Source of the DNA: an uncultured Clostridia bacterium
Lineage (GTDB): Bacteria; Bacillota; Clostridia; Christensenellales; UBA1242
Direction of reading: 5' to 3'
Assembly: GCA_934772445.1 (NCBI GenBank)
Contig: CAKVMJ010000002.1
Location: 9,475 to 73,474, forward strand
DNA length: 64,000 nucleotides
Below, in pieces: positions 45,704-54,896 of the stretch. Every line of letters begins with the position of its first letter. Within the stretch, counting starts at the first letter, position 1. The notes beneath the pieces are model-generated. The model saw nothing but the letters and a program-made list of their open reading frames with translations, was not told where the DNA came from and ran no database searches. A program made the position numbers and the translations under genes.

Positions 45704-46816
45704 ATGAAAGATAAGAATGTTGTTATTTTAGATATACAATCATCTAAGATTTGTGTTTTAGTGGGTTCTGAAGGCGTTAATCAAAATTTAAGAATAGTTA
45801 GTAGAAGTGTTTTAGATTATGCTGGTTTTATGCAAGGGAAATTCTTGTTAGAGGAAAAACTTGAAGATGAAATATCAGATATATTAAATTTAGCGCAGAT
45901 AAATTATGATAGAAAAATTGAAAAAGTTTATGTTGGCGTACCAGCAGAGTTTTGTTTTAATGGCTTGAATGAGGCGGAATTACAATTTAAAATGCCTATG
46001 AAAATAAAGCAAAAACAATTGGATATGATGTTTGAAAGAACAAATCCTTTAAATATCACTGGCAAAACATTGATAAATCGTTCGCCAATTCAATATTTAG
46101 TTGATGAGAGAGAAATTGAAAACCCAGTTGGAAGTATAGCAAGTAGAGTATGGTGTAGAATAAGTGAAGTGTTTGCATCAAATTATTTTTTAGATATTAT
46201 CGGGGGTGCATTAGAAAAATGTAAGATTAGATCCGTGGAATTTGTAAGTGCGGAGCTAGCTGAAGGCTTATATTTAATTGAGGAAAATATAAGAAAAGAT
46301 GGTGCTATAATTGTTGATTGCGGATATATTACCACGGCATTGTTATCGGTAAAAAATGAGGGTTTGCTGGATTTAAGGTGCTTTTCGATGGGTGGCGGAT
46401 ATATCACAAGTGATTTAGCGGAGATTTTAGAGCTTAGTTATGATGAAGCTGAAACGCTAAAAAGAAAACTTGTTTTAACAATTAAGCCAACAGAACTAGA
46501 TTTTTACCAGTTGCCAATGGATAAAACTATAGATGTAAAAACCGCAAATGATATTGCACTTGCCCGAATAGATGCGATAATTGATGGGATAAAGAAGTGT
46601 TTAGGTAAGTTTAGAATGGAAACAGATACTATTTATCTAACAGGCGGTGGTATCGCAAAAATCAAAGGAATTAAATATTATTTAAGTAATAGATTGAATA
46701 AAAAAATAAAAATTGAGTTTCCAAAACAGTGTAATTTAGATGGTTTTGAAGATTCAAGTTCGATGGCAATTTTGAAGATGGCTGTCGTTTTAGAAAAAAA
46801 ATATCAAAATTCTTAG
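45704..46816 (+). CDS. ftsA: FtsA-like actin-fold cell division protein
   Basis: 370 aa, immediately upstream of ftsZ. It has actin/HSP70-fold phosphate motifs (ILDIQSSKICVLVG, DCGYITT, LTGGGIAKIKG). It is shorter than a typical FtsA. Confidence 0.7.
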   Translation: MKDKNVVILDIQSSKICVLVGSEGVNQNLRIVSRSVLDYAGFMQGKFLLEEKLEDEISDILNLAQINYDRKIEKVYVGVPAEFCFNGLNEAELQFKMPMKIKQKQLDMMFERTNPLNITGKTLINRSPIQYLVDEREIENPVGSIASRVWCRISEVFASNYFLDIIGGALEKCKIRSVEFVSAELAEGLYLIEENIRKDGAIIVDCGYITTALLSVKNEGLLDLRCFSMGGGYITSDLAEILELSYDEAETLKRKLVLTIKPTELDFYQLPMDKTIDVKTANDIALARIDAIIDGIKKCLGKFRMETDTIYLTGGGIAKIKGIKYYLSNRLNKKIKIEFPKQCNLDGFEDSSSMAILKMAVVLEKKYQNS

Positions 46817-46891
46817 CAAATAATTTGACTTTTGTTAAATGTTTCAATACTATATATATAGATAATTCCGTTATTTTTAGGAGAATGTGTT

Positions 46892-48043
46892 ATGGAAAAT
46901 GAATATTATGGAAATCAAGAAGAAGTATTTCGCCCAGTTTGTAATATCAAAGTTGTAGGTATTGGCGGTGGCGGAAACAATGCAGTTAATAGAATGGTGA
47001 ACGCAGGAATTAAAAGTGCGGAGTTTGTTGCTGTAAACACAGATAAGCAAGCGCTTTTAATGAGTAAGGCTAAGCATAGAATACAAATCGGTGAAAAGCT
47101 TACTGGCGGTAAGGGTGCAGGTTCTGAGCCGGAAATCGGAATGAAGGCTGCTGAAGAAAGCAAAGATATATTGGTTTCAATGCTTGAAGGTACTGATCTT
47201 GTGTTTATAACTGCTGGTATGGGTGGCGGTACTGGTACTGGTGCTGCTCCAGTTATTGCAAAACTTGCAAAAGATATGGGAATTTTAACTATTGCAGTTG
47301 TAACAAAACCTTTCGGCTTTGAAGGTAGAAAGAGAATGGAAAATGCTGAGAGAGGTTTGAAACTTTTAAAAGATGCGGTTGATACTCTCGTTGTAGTTCA
47401 AAACGAAAAGTTGTTGAAAATTGTTCCAAAGGGTACTCCAATTGTTGAAGCTTTCAGAACAGCTGATGATGTGTTAAGACAAGGTATTCAAGGTATTTCA
47501 GATTTGATTGTTACTCCAAGCTTGATAAACCTAGATTTTGCCGATGTTAAAACCACTATGAAAAATAAAGGCTATGCTCATATGGGATTAGGTAGAGGTA
47601 GAGGCGATAATAGAACAATCGAGGCTGTTAGACAAGCCGTTTCAAGTCCGCTTTTGGAAACAACTATTGAGGGTGCAACTGGTATCATCTTGAATATTAA
47701 GGGTGGTATGGATTTAACATTAGATGAAGTTTATGAAGCTGCAGATTTAGTTAAAGAAGTTGTTGACCCAACTTGTAATATCATCTTTGGTAGTGGAATT
47801 GATGAAAATATGAGTGACGAAGTTGAAATTACAGTTATTGCAACTGGATTTAATAACGCTTACTCTGATGAAGATAGACCTCAACCAAAAGAATTGATAA
47901 ACCAAGAAGAAGAGGAGGAGGAAGCTCCTGAGGAAGAAACTGAGGAGAACACTCAAGAAGAGGAAGAATCTAGTATTGAAACATTAGATGATTCAGATAT
48001 TCCTCCATTTATTAGAAATAGATTAAAAAATAAAAGAAGATAA
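46892..48043 (+). CDS. ftsZ: cell division GTPase FtsZ
   Basis: The tubulin signature [13 protein letters not shown], an acidic linker and the conserved C-terminal peptide [10 protein letters not shown]. Confidence 0.97.
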   Translation: MENEYYGNQEEVFRPVCNIKVVGIGGGGNNAVNRMVNAGIKSAEFVAVNTDKQALLMSKAKHRIQIGEKLTGGKGAGSEPEIGMKAAEESKDILVSMLEGTDLVFITAGMGGGTGTGAAPVIAKLAKDMGILTIAVVTKPFGFEGRKRMENAERGLKLLKDAVDTLVVVQNEKLLKIVPKGTPIVEAFRTADDVLRQGIQGISDLIVTPSLINLDFADVKTTMKNKGYAHMGLGRGRGDNRTIEAVRQAVSSPLLETTIEGATGIILNIKGGMDLTLDEVYEAADLVKEVVDPTCNIIFGSGIDENMSDEVEITVIATGFNNAYSDEDRPQPKELINQEEEEEEAPEEETEENTQEEEESSIETLDDSDIPPFIRNRLKNKRR

Positions 48044-48069
48044 ATCTAAATTTGAATAGATAAAATTAG

Positions 48070-48097
48070 AGCAAAACAGACAAAGTTTTGCTTTTTT
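48070..48097 (+). terminator. rho-independent terminator after ftsZ
   Basis: Stem gcaaaac/gttttgc followed by a T-run. Confidence 0.6.
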
Positions 48098-48153
48098 CTT
48101 TTAACTTAATTAGGTTTAAATATTATAAAATCAAAATGTGAAAAAGGGAAAAT

Positions 48154-48969
48154 ATGGAAATTATAATAGAACAAGTGTTATTTGATAATTTTTTTATAGA
48201 CCTTATCGTTTTGCTTTTAACAAATAAAATTTTAAAACTAAATGCAAAAAAATTAAATATATTTTTAGGTTCGGTTATTGGAACAATTGGTGCGGTAATT
48301 CTTCCATTGCTATATTTTAATAACATTCTAATGTGGTTGTTTAAAATAAGTATTGGATTTTGTATGGTTGTAGTTCTTAAAAAGTTTCAATCATTCAGAG
48401 AAATTGTGGTTGCATTTTTAACTATCCTAACTTTAACATTTGTATTTGGTGGACTTTGCTTTGCGGTGTTGATAGCTATAAATAAGCGGACAGATATAAA
48501 TTCTTTAGTGATAGGAAAATATAGCGTGCCAGTGGGAGTATGTATTTTAGTAGTGCTTATTTATTGGTGGCTGTTTGAAAAACTGTTGAATTATATCAAA
48601 AGCAAAAATATATTATCTAAATTCACTTATGATATTCAAATCCAAGTTAAAGAACAAGTCTTTAGTTTTAAGGCCTATCTTGATAGTGGTAATAGACTAA
48701 CAGATGAAGATGGTAAAGATGTTTCGTTAATTTCACTAAGTTGCTTTAATAAAATTAATAAAACTTTTAAAAACTTTAATAACATACATTTTATAAAAAC
48801 CAGGTCTGCCGTTGGAGAAAATGCTGTTATGGTTTTTGAAGTGGATAAACTAATTATCAAAAAAGAAAACGAAAAGATTTTCAATAAAAATGCTCTTATT
48901 GGAGTATCGGAAAATGAGTTTAAAAACTTTGATTGTTTGCTTAATTGCAACACTCTAAAATATATTTAG
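48154..48969 (+). CDS. spoIIGA: sigma-E processing peptidase SpoIIGA
   Basis: 271 aa with five N-terminal TM segments and the aspartic protease motif YLDSGN. It is located directly upstream of sigE. Confidence 0.85.
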   Translation: MEIIIEQVLFDNFFIDLIVLLLTNKILKLNAKKLNIFLGSVIGTIGAVILPLLYFNNILMWLFKISIGFCMVVVLKKFQSFREIVVAFLTILTLTFVFGGLCFAVLIAINKRTDINSLVIGKYSVPVGVCILVVLIYWWLFEKLLNYIKSKNILSKFTYDIQIQVKEQVFSFKAYLDSGNRLTDEDGKDVSLISLSCFNKINKTFKNFNNIHFIKTRSAVGENAVMVFEVDKLIIKKENEKIFNKNALIGVSENEFKNFDCLLNCNTLKYI

Positions 48970-48980
48970 CGGAGGGATAT

Positions 48981-49697
48981 ATGTTTAAAAAGTTGTTAAA
49001 TCTATTCAAAAAAGTATTTAATTTCCAATTCACGGAAAAAGAAAGTGAGGTTAATTATTTATCTTTAGGAGAGGCACTTCCTAAGGCACTAAAACCAAAT
49101 GAAGAAAAAGAACTTGTATCTAAGGTTATGGAAAATAAAGATGAAGTTGCAAAACAAAAACTTATAGAACATAATTTAAGATTGGTAATCTATATTGCAA
49201 AAAAGTTTGAAAATACAGATGCGGATATGGAAGATTTAATTAGTATTGGAAGTATCGGACTTATAAAAGCTATAAATTCTTTTAAGGGTGAAAAAAATAT
49301 AAAGATTGCCACTTACGCATCTCGATGTATTGAAAATGAAATATTGATGTATTTAAGAAAGATAAGTAAGTTAAAAAAAGAGGTTAGTTTGAATGAACCT
49401 ATTAATTGCGATAGCGAAGGTAATGAATTATTGATCACAGATTTAGTTTCAAACGAAGATGTTGCACCTCAAAGCGAATTTGAAAGACAAACCGAAGTGC
49501 AAATACTCTGGTCTGTTTTAAATAAATTAAATTCTAGGGAACGCCTTATTATGGTGATGCGTTTTGGTCTTGATGGAGATAATGAGAAAACTCAAAAAGA
49601 AGTTGCAGATGATTTAGGTATTAGCCAAAGTTATATATCAAGGCTTGAAAAGAAAATTTTAAGCAGAATTAAAAAAGAAATTTTAAAACTTGCATAG
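48981..49697 (+). CDS. sigE: sporulation sigma factor SigE (pro-sigma-E)
   Basis: A pro-sequence followed by the YLSLGEALPKAL motif, and sigma-70 regions 2-4 (HNLRLVIYIAKKF). The ATG at 48981 follows a GGAGGGA RBS. Confidence 0.9.
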   Translation: MFKKLLNLFKKVFNFQFTEKESEVNYLSLGEALPKALKPNEEKELVSKVMENKDEVAKQKLIEHNLRLVIYIAKKFENTDADMEDLISIGSIGLIKAINSFKGEKNIKIATYASRCIENEILMYLRKISKLKKEVSLNEPINCDSEGNELLITDLVSNEDVAPQSEFERQTEVQILWSVLNKLNSRERLIMVMRFGLDGDNEKTQKEVADDLGISQSYISRLEKKILSRIKKEILKLA

Positions 49698-49763
49698 TAT
49701 AATAATTGACATAAAATCTATATTATATGACAAAAATATACTCAATATAGACAATTTAATACA

Positions 49764-49792
49764 ACATAAAAAAATAAAGAATCTACATACTA
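49764..49792 (+). promoter_or_regulatory. forespore-type (sigma-F/sigma-G) promoter candidate for sigG
   Basis: ACATA (49764-49768), a 17-nt spacer, then CATACTA (49786-49792). This resembles the gHATA-17/18-CATnnTA consensus. Confidence 0.4.
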
Positions 49793-49814
49793 AAATAAAG
49801 GAGTAGATTTTTTT

Positions 49815-50585
49815 ATGGCTAATAAAGTTGAAATAACAGGTATAAACACAAATAATCTTCCAAAGGTATCTGCAAGTGTTCAAGCAGAACTTATGGAAAA
49901 AATAAAACTTGGGGATATGAAAGCCAGAGATGAATTTGCAGTTGCTAATCTAAGATTGGTTTTAAGTGTGGTTCAAAGATTTCAAAATAGAACAAATAAT
50001 TTTGATGATATTTTCCAAGTGGGTTGTGTTGGACTTATGAAAGCCATAGATAATTTTGATGTTAGTTTAGGCGTTAGATTTTCAACCTATGCAGTGCCGA
50101 TGATAATTGGTGAGATTAAAAGATATTTAAGGGATAATAATTCTATTAGAGTTTCAAGAAGTTTAAGAGACACGGCATATAAAGCATTAAAGGCGAAAGA
50201 AGAATTGATAAGAATTAATAGTAAAGAACCAACAGTTACAGATATTGCAAAATATTTAGATATGAAAGAATCCGAGATTAGTGTTGCCTTGGAAGCAATT
50301 AGTGAGCCTATTAGTTTGTGTGACCCCGTATATAATGATGGAGATGACACAATATATTTAATGGACCAATTAAGTGATTCTGAAGATAGGGAAGAGAGTT
50401 GGTTAGAAAAATTAAATTTAAAAGATGCTTTAAGAAAATTATCTCCAAGGGAAAAGCAAATAGTGATGTTAAGATATTATGTTGGAAAAACTCAAATGGA
50501 AGTTTCAGATGAAATTGGAATTAGTCAAGCACAAGTAAGTAGGCTTGAAAAAAATGCAATTAATAGCATTAGAAAAAATTTTTAA
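49815..50585 (+). CDS. sigG: sporulation sigma factor SigG
   Basis: The N-terminus NKVEITGINTNNLPKV and ANLRLVLSVVQRF are typical of sigma-G. It follows spoIIGA-sigE. Confidence 0.9.
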   Translation: MANKVEITGINTNNLPKVSASVQAELMEKIKLGDMKARDEFAVANLRLVLSVVQRFQNRTNNFDDIFQVGCVGLMKAIDNFDVSLGVRFSTYAVPMIIGEIKRYLRDNNSIRVSRSLRDTAYKALKAKEELIRINSKEPTVTDIAKYLDMKESEISVALEAISEPISLCDPVYNDGDDTIYLMDQLSDSEDREESWLEKLNLKDALRKLSPREKQIVMLRYYVGKTQMEVSDEIGISQAQVSRLEKNAINSIRKNF

Positions 50586-50722
50586 TTTTATGAATAATTT
50601 GTCGAATTTTGCGAAAAATAAAAGTACAAGGAATTGAATTAGTGTTTATCGTTTCATAGTTTTATGTGTAAACCATTCACAAAAAATAGTTTTGTTCCTT
50701 GTGAATATATGGAGGTGAAATT

Positions 50723-50896
50723 ATGGCTAGAGCAAACTCTTCTAGATCTAACCAGACCACAACAAAATCTTGTGGTTCATCTAGTACAAAATCTTATGGC
50801 TCAACCAAAACAAAAGGTTGCAGTTCAAAACTAGAGGCTGGTAAAGAAGCTAAAAGAAAAAAATGCGGTTGTAAAACTTGTAAATGTTGCAATTAG
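50723..50896 (+). CDS. 57-aa basic, S/T/K-rich protein with a Cys-rich C-terminus (not in the ORF track)
   Basis: ATG 8 nt after a GGAGGTGA RBS. The translation is MARANSSRSNQTTTKSCGSSSTKSYGSTKTKGCSSKLEAGKEAKRKKCGCKTCKCCN. A strong terminator follows at 50916-50941. Confidence 0.55.
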   Translation: MARANSSRSNQTTTKSCGSSSTKSYGSTKTKGCSSKLEAGKEAKRKKCGCKTCKCCN

Positions 50897-50915
50897 TTAA
50901 ACAATTTCATTTTAA

Positions 50916-50941
50916 AAAGCACCAAATCATTGGTGCTTTTT
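50916..50941 (+). terminator. rho-independent terminator after the small Cys-rich ORF
   Basis: Stem gcaccaa/ttggtgc with a 4-nt loop, followed by a T-run. Confidence 0.75.
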
Positions 50942-51018
50942 GTGTTTAAATAAATTTATTGTGTTTTTGAATATTTTAATGTTAGAAAATAAAAACACTA
51001 GAAATCTAGTGTTTAAAT

Positions 51019-51615
51019 TTAAAAATCAATTTTATTCATTAATTCGTTGTATTCCTCTAAAGTGATTTGACCTTTTGCATACATTTCTTTTAATTTCATA
51101 ATTTTGGCTTCCATTTCATTTGCCGAATTAGATTGTGCAGGTTGAGTATAGAAACCACTTTGAAGTGTAAGATTGTTTTTAGTGTTGTGAGCTAAAATAC
51201 CTAGTAATCCAGAAATCCAATTTGAAAGAATTAGGCTAAGGATACCAATAAGAAGGTTTTTAGTTTGGCTAAATTCAATATCATCATAAATTTTTGCATA
51301 TTTTAATTGTTTTATAGCAAAGAAAATAAATAATCCAGCTAATGCAATTAAGATAACCCCTAGGATAATGTTAATTCCGCTTTGGAATGTTTCTATAACT
51401 TGTTGCCATTCTTCAAAAGACAAATCGTCTGGCGCACCAGTATAATATAAGTTGCGGTAATTTTCATAAGTTGTTTCTATTTTAAAGAACATTACTAAAA
51501 TACCAATAAAGAAATAAGCGATAGCAGTTGCAATATTTAAACCGCCAGCCCATTTCAACATAGCAGATCTTCTATTTTTAACTGGTTGCGAAGATGAGGT
51601 TGTCATTTCATCCAT
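51019..51615 (-). CDS. membrane protein with a C-terminal SHOCT domain
   Basis: Four TM segments, then KIMKLKEMYAKGQITLEEYNELMNKI, a SHOCT motif. Confidence 0.6.
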   Translation of the reverse strand: MDEMTTSSSQPVKNRRSAMLKWAGGLNIATAIAYFFIGILVMFFKIETTYENYRNLYYTGAPDDLSFEEWQQVIETFQSGINIILGVILIALAGLFIFFAIKQLKYAKIYDDIEFSQTKNLLIGILSLILSNWISGLLGILAHNTKNNLTLQSGFYTQPAQSNSANEMEAKIMKLKEMYAKGQITLEEYNELMNKIDF

Positions 51616-52168
51616 AAAAATTTCTCCTTTCTTTTCATTTTAACATATTCTTTAATTTATTCAAAACTTATTTGTTGCTATTTTTAATAAAATAAAACTA
51701 ATATATTTTTATGTAAGTTTTTAAATAGTTATGTATTAAAATGACATTAAGTTAGGTATGTAAAAACTTTAATTAAGTGCTTTATATTCTGTTGCTGTTA
51801 AAAATTATTAAATTTTCTTAAATCTAAAATGATTAATATTTCTTATTTTAATATAAGGTTTCCATTGCATAACTTAATATTTGTTTAATCCTATTAGTTA
51901 AACAAAGTTTTTCTAAATTGAATTTAGTAATTTGAAAATTTGTCACATTTTCCTATTTATAATTAAATGTGGAAAACATAAGAATTTATTTATATATGAT
52001 TTTACTTCTATATAACATTTATATATAATATATATGGGAAAATGGTGGAAATTCTCTCTTAAAATATGGAAAATGGCTTAAAATAGCGGTAAAACCAGTA
52101 AAATCGTTGATTTTTATAAAAAAATATATAAAAATTTATCAAAATTTTAAAAAAGTTAGTAAAATTGC

Positions 52169-52197
52169 TTGCAATTTATCTTAAGATTTGCTATATT
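52169..52197 (+). promoter_or_regulatory. sigma-A-type promoter of the tRNA cluster
   Basis: TTGCAA, a 17-nt spacer, then TATATT with a TGn extended -10. It lies about 55 nt upstream of tRNA-Val. Confidence 0.55.
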
Positions 52198-52250
52198 ATT
52201 AAAGCAATCGTTTGAAAGAGGTTGCAAGCAGGTTTAATTCCTATTAATTT

Positions 52251-52326
52251 GGGAGCTTAGCTCAGTTGGGAGAGCATCTGCCTTACAAGCAGGAGGTCGT
52301 AGGTTCGAGCCCTACAGTTCCCACCA
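52251..52326 (+). tRNA. tRNA-Val (anticodon TAC)
   Basis: The cloverleaf folds by hand: acceptor gggagct/agttccc, anticodon loop cTTACaa, T-loop ggttcgagcc and an encoded CCA. Confidence 0.9.
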
Positions 52327-52420
52327 AATCTTAAGTGCCTGTTCTAATTTGAACAGGCATAAATTGATTTAAGAAACAAATTAAGAATTAAATCATATAA
52401 GATTATAGATAAAATTATAT

Positions 52421-52495
52421 GCGGGAGTGGCTCAGTGGTAGAGCGTCGCCTTGCCAAGGCGAATGTCGCGAGTTCGAATCTCGTCTTCCGCTCCA
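52421..52495 (+). tRNA. tRNA-Gly (anticodon GCC)
   Basis: Acceptor gcgggag/cttccgc, anticodon loop tTGCCaa, T-loop agttcgaatct and an encoded CCA. Confidence 0.9.
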
Positions 52496-52571
52496 AAAGA
52501 TTAAAGGAAGCATAATTTTATATTATGCTTTAAACTTTAAATAAAGTAAGAGAGAAACTAGGGAAGAATAT

Positions 52572-52646
52572 GGCACCATAGCCAAGCGGTAAGGCCAAGG
52601 TCTGCAAAACCTTTATGCCCCAGTTCGAATCTGGGTGGTGCCTCCA
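52572..52646 (+). tRNA. tRNA-Cys (anticodon GCA)
   Basis: Acceptor ggcacca/tggtgcc, anticodon stem aaggt/acctt with loop cTGCAaa, and an encoded CCA. Confidence 0.9.
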
Positions 52647-52654
52647 AATCTTAT

Positions 52655-52741
52655 GCTGAAGTGGCGGAATAGGCAGACGCACAGGACTTAAAATCCTGCG
52701 GGGGCGACTTCGTACCGGTTCAAGTCCGGTCTTCAGCACCA
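52655..52741 (+). tRNA. tRNA-Leu (anticodon TAA)
   Basis: Acceptor gctgaag/cttcagc, anticodon loop cTTAAaa, a long variable arm and an encoded CCA. Confidence 0.9.
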
Positions 52742-52745
52742 GTTA

Positions 52746-52771
52746 AAAGTCCTTCAAAAGGACTTTTTTTC
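52746..52771 (+). terminator. rho-independent terminator after the tRNA cluster
   Basis: Stem aagtcct/aggactt followed by a T-run. Confidence 0.75.
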
Positions 52772-52900
52772 TTGCTTAAAGATAAAGTATTTAAAGATGT
52801 AAATTTTTAAAGAGTTATATAGTTAATTTTCTCATAACTTTAATATTAGAATAGGGGGATATAAAAAATAGCATTAAAAAATTTAGTGCTATTTTTTCAT

Positions 52901-53350
52901 TTATTCTTTCTCTCCACCAATCAAATAATCTATGCTAACATCAAAGTATTTAGCAATAGCAATTATTGATTGCATTGATGGTTTATTGTTATCGTTTTTC
53001 CACCTATAATAGTTAGCCTCGCTCATATTAAGGCTTTTCATAAGCTTTTCAATAGAGATATGGTTATCTTTCATTAATTTTTTAAGTGTTTCGATAAAAG
53101 ATAAATTATTTTTATCGCCATTGTTGTAATCTTCGCTCAAACCCATTAAGTATTGTAAAGAACAATCAAAATAAGTTGCTATTTTAATGGAAACTGAAAG
53201 CTCCGGATAAAAATCTTTGTTAAAGTATCCATTCAAAGTTTCAAATGATATACCTATATTTTTTGATAATTTCAATCTGCTTAAATCGTTTTCACTTAAT
53301 AATTCTTGTAATCTTTCTTGAAATTCATTCATTTTATTAAGTAGTTTCAT
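52901..53350 (-). CDS. double XRE-type HTH protein (paralogue 3 of 3)
   Basis: 149 aa. Both the N- and C-terminal halves carry Cro/C1-type HTH strings, each ending in (S/N)(L/I)(Q/D)YL(M/I)G. Confidence 0.7.
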   Translation of the reverse strand: MKLLNKMNEFQERLQELLSENDLSRLKLSKNIGISFETLNGYFNKDFYPELSVSIKIATYFDCSLQYLMGLSEDYNNGDKNNLSFIETLKKLMKDNHISIEKLMKSLNMSEANYYRWKNDNNKPSMQSIIAIAKYFDVSIDYLIGGEKE

Positions 53351-53353
53351 TTA

Positions 53354-53785
53354 TTATTTCTCTCTGCCGATTAAATAATCAATACTAACATCGAAATATG
53401 ATGCAATTATAATTAGTGAGCTCATATTTGGAATTGAACCTCTTTTCCAAGCGTAATGGCTAGAATAATTTAATCCCTTTTCTTTGCTAAGCCTATAATG
53501 AGTTATATTATATTTTCTTAATAAGTCATCGTATCTGTTAGCAAATAATGAAATATCATAACTATCTTTAAATTTAGTGGTACTTGGTTCATCATCTATA
53601 CCCATTAAATAATTTAATGAGCAATTTAATTCATTTGCAAGAATAACAGCGTATTTAACATCGGGATAAGCACCATACAAATAATCATAGAGTACAGAGT
53701 CATCAATTCCTGTTTGCTTGCTAATTTTTTGTATGTTAGTATTTCTCTCTAACATAATATCTTTAAACACTTCTTTAAATTCCAT
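53354..53785 (-). CDS. double XRE-type HTH protein (paralogue 2 of 3)
   Basis: 143 aa with the same two-HTH architecture (…NCSLNYLMGI…, …FDVSIDYLIGRE). Confidence 0.7.
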   Translation of the reverse strand: MEFKEVFKDIMLERNTNIQKISKQTGIDDSVLYDYLYGAYPDVKYAVILANELNCSLNYLMGIDDEPSTTKFKDSYDISLFANRYDDLLRKYNITHYRLSKEKGLNYSSHYAWKRGSIPNMSSLIIIASYFDVSIDYLIGREK

Positions 53786-54239
53786 AACTTATCTCCATAA
53801 CATCTGTTCTGCCAATAAGATATTCAATATTAGTATGGAGCTCTATGGATAATTTTATTAATATGCTTAATTTAGGGAATAAGTGTTTGTTTTGCCAATT
53901 ATAAATACAATTCCTATTTATAGATGTGTGTTTTGAAACTCTATTAATATTGGTGTTATTTATTTTGAGTAAATTATTAAATCTCTTATAAAACAGTTCA
54001 GCGTTTTCATTTTTTAAAGCACCAAAATTATTTCTATTTTTATTAAGACCACATAAGTAATCAATTGAACAAGAAAAACTATTGCAAATAATAATTGCAT
54101 TTTTTAATGATGGCTCATAAAAACCACTTGCATACTTACTTAATTGAGAACTGCTAATTCCAGTAATTTTTGAAAATGATTGCAATGTTAATTTTTCATT
54201 TTCAAGTTCATTTTTAAATCTTTCAACAAAATTAGACAT
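53775..54239 (-). CDS. double XRE-type HTH protein (paralogue 1 of 3)
   Basis: 154 aa with the same architecture (…SCSIDYLCGL…, …HTNIEYLIGR). Its 3' end overlaps the next paralogue by 11 nt. Confidence 0.7.
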   Translation of the reverse strand: MSNFVERFKNELENEKLTLQSFSKITGISSSQLSKYASGFYEPSLKNAIIICNSFSCSIDYLCGLNKNRNNFGALKNENAELFYKRFNNLLKINNTNINRVSKHTSINRNCIYNWQNKHLFPKLSILIKLSIELHTNIEYLIGRTDVMEISYGI

Positions 54240-54381
54240 AATTAGTGCCTTTTACACTAAATATTCTATTTAAAAGTGTCTGTTTAGTATTTATTCCCGT
54301 GTTAAAAGATGGTATAATACAATAGTTGCAACATAGAACGAACACTTTTTAAACGAGTGAAAAACAAAAGGAGAAGCATAA

Positions 54382-54525
54382 ATGAGTGATACACTAATAA
54401 CTGAAATTCTATCCCAATACTTCAATATGGAAATATCAAATAAAATAGAGATATTAAATAATGAAATAATTGTTAATCTTGAAAATGGAAAAATAGCGAA
54501 AATTAAAGTTACCGAATTAAATTAA
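54382..54525 (+). CDS. 47-aa hypothetical protein (not in the ORF track)
   Basis: ATG 8 nt after an AAAGGAGAAG RBS, downstream of a TGgTATAAT extended -10. It is divergent from the HTH genes. Confidence 0.4.
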   Translation: MSDTLITEILSQYFNMEISNKIEILNNEIIVNLENGKIAKIKVTELN

Positions 54526-54568
54526 GTATTTACATATAAAAAAATAAATTTCATCAAAGGAGAAAATA

Positions 54569-54787
54569 ATGAAAATAAAAAATAGTAGAGATTATGTTTT
54601 AAATCATCAATATGGATATGGATTAGAAAAAGAAAAAAGAGAACTTAACAAATTAAAGTTAAGAATTCTTGAAGATTTAAAAGTTTATTTGAAAGATATT
54701 CTAGAAAATGCGTTTAACGCAACCTATAAAAATAATATACTTGAATTTAATATAGATAAATCCAAGTTTGAAATTATTTTCGAATAA
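54569..54787 (+). CDS. 72-aa hypothetical protein
   Basis: ATG after an AAAGGAGAAAA RBS. No family is recognised. Confidence 0.45.
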   Translation: MKIKNSRDYVLNHQYGYGLEKEKRELNKLKLRILEDLKVYLKDILENAFNATYKNNILEFNIDKSKFEIIFE

Positions 54788-54896
54788 TCAATAGTGCTTT
54801 AAAATTTTTATTGAAAAACATTTAAAATTCTTTTTTCATAAATTTTTTTATGTGATATACTCTATCTGTGCGAAAAATAAAACAAAGGAGTGAAAA

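Noticed and set aside
50600-50606. Consensus Spo0A box TGTCGAA just after the sigG stop codon.
   Set aside because: It is a single heptamer with six fixed bases. Many such matches are expected by chance in 64 kb read on both strands. There is no second box and no associated promoter.
51950-52100. Cluster of DnaA-box-like 9-mers (TGTGGAAAA and weaker variants), repeated ATGG(G)AAAATGG, and a Trp-rich 14-codon mini-ORF (MGKWWKFSLKIWKMA). All sit in the long AT-rich spacer before the tRNA genes.
   Set aside because: - Only one 9-mer is within one mismatch of TGTGGATAA.
- No dnaA or dnaN gene is nearby, so an origin is unlikely.
- The mini-ORF has no convincing RBS.
- The downstream genes are tRNAs for Val, Gly, Cys and Leu, not Trp-related genes, so an attenuation leader makes no sense.
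52530-52739. 69-aa minus-strand ORF.
   Set aside because: It overlaps tRNA-Cys and tRNA-Leu almost entirely. Its relatively GC-rich frame is a by-product of the tRNA sequences.
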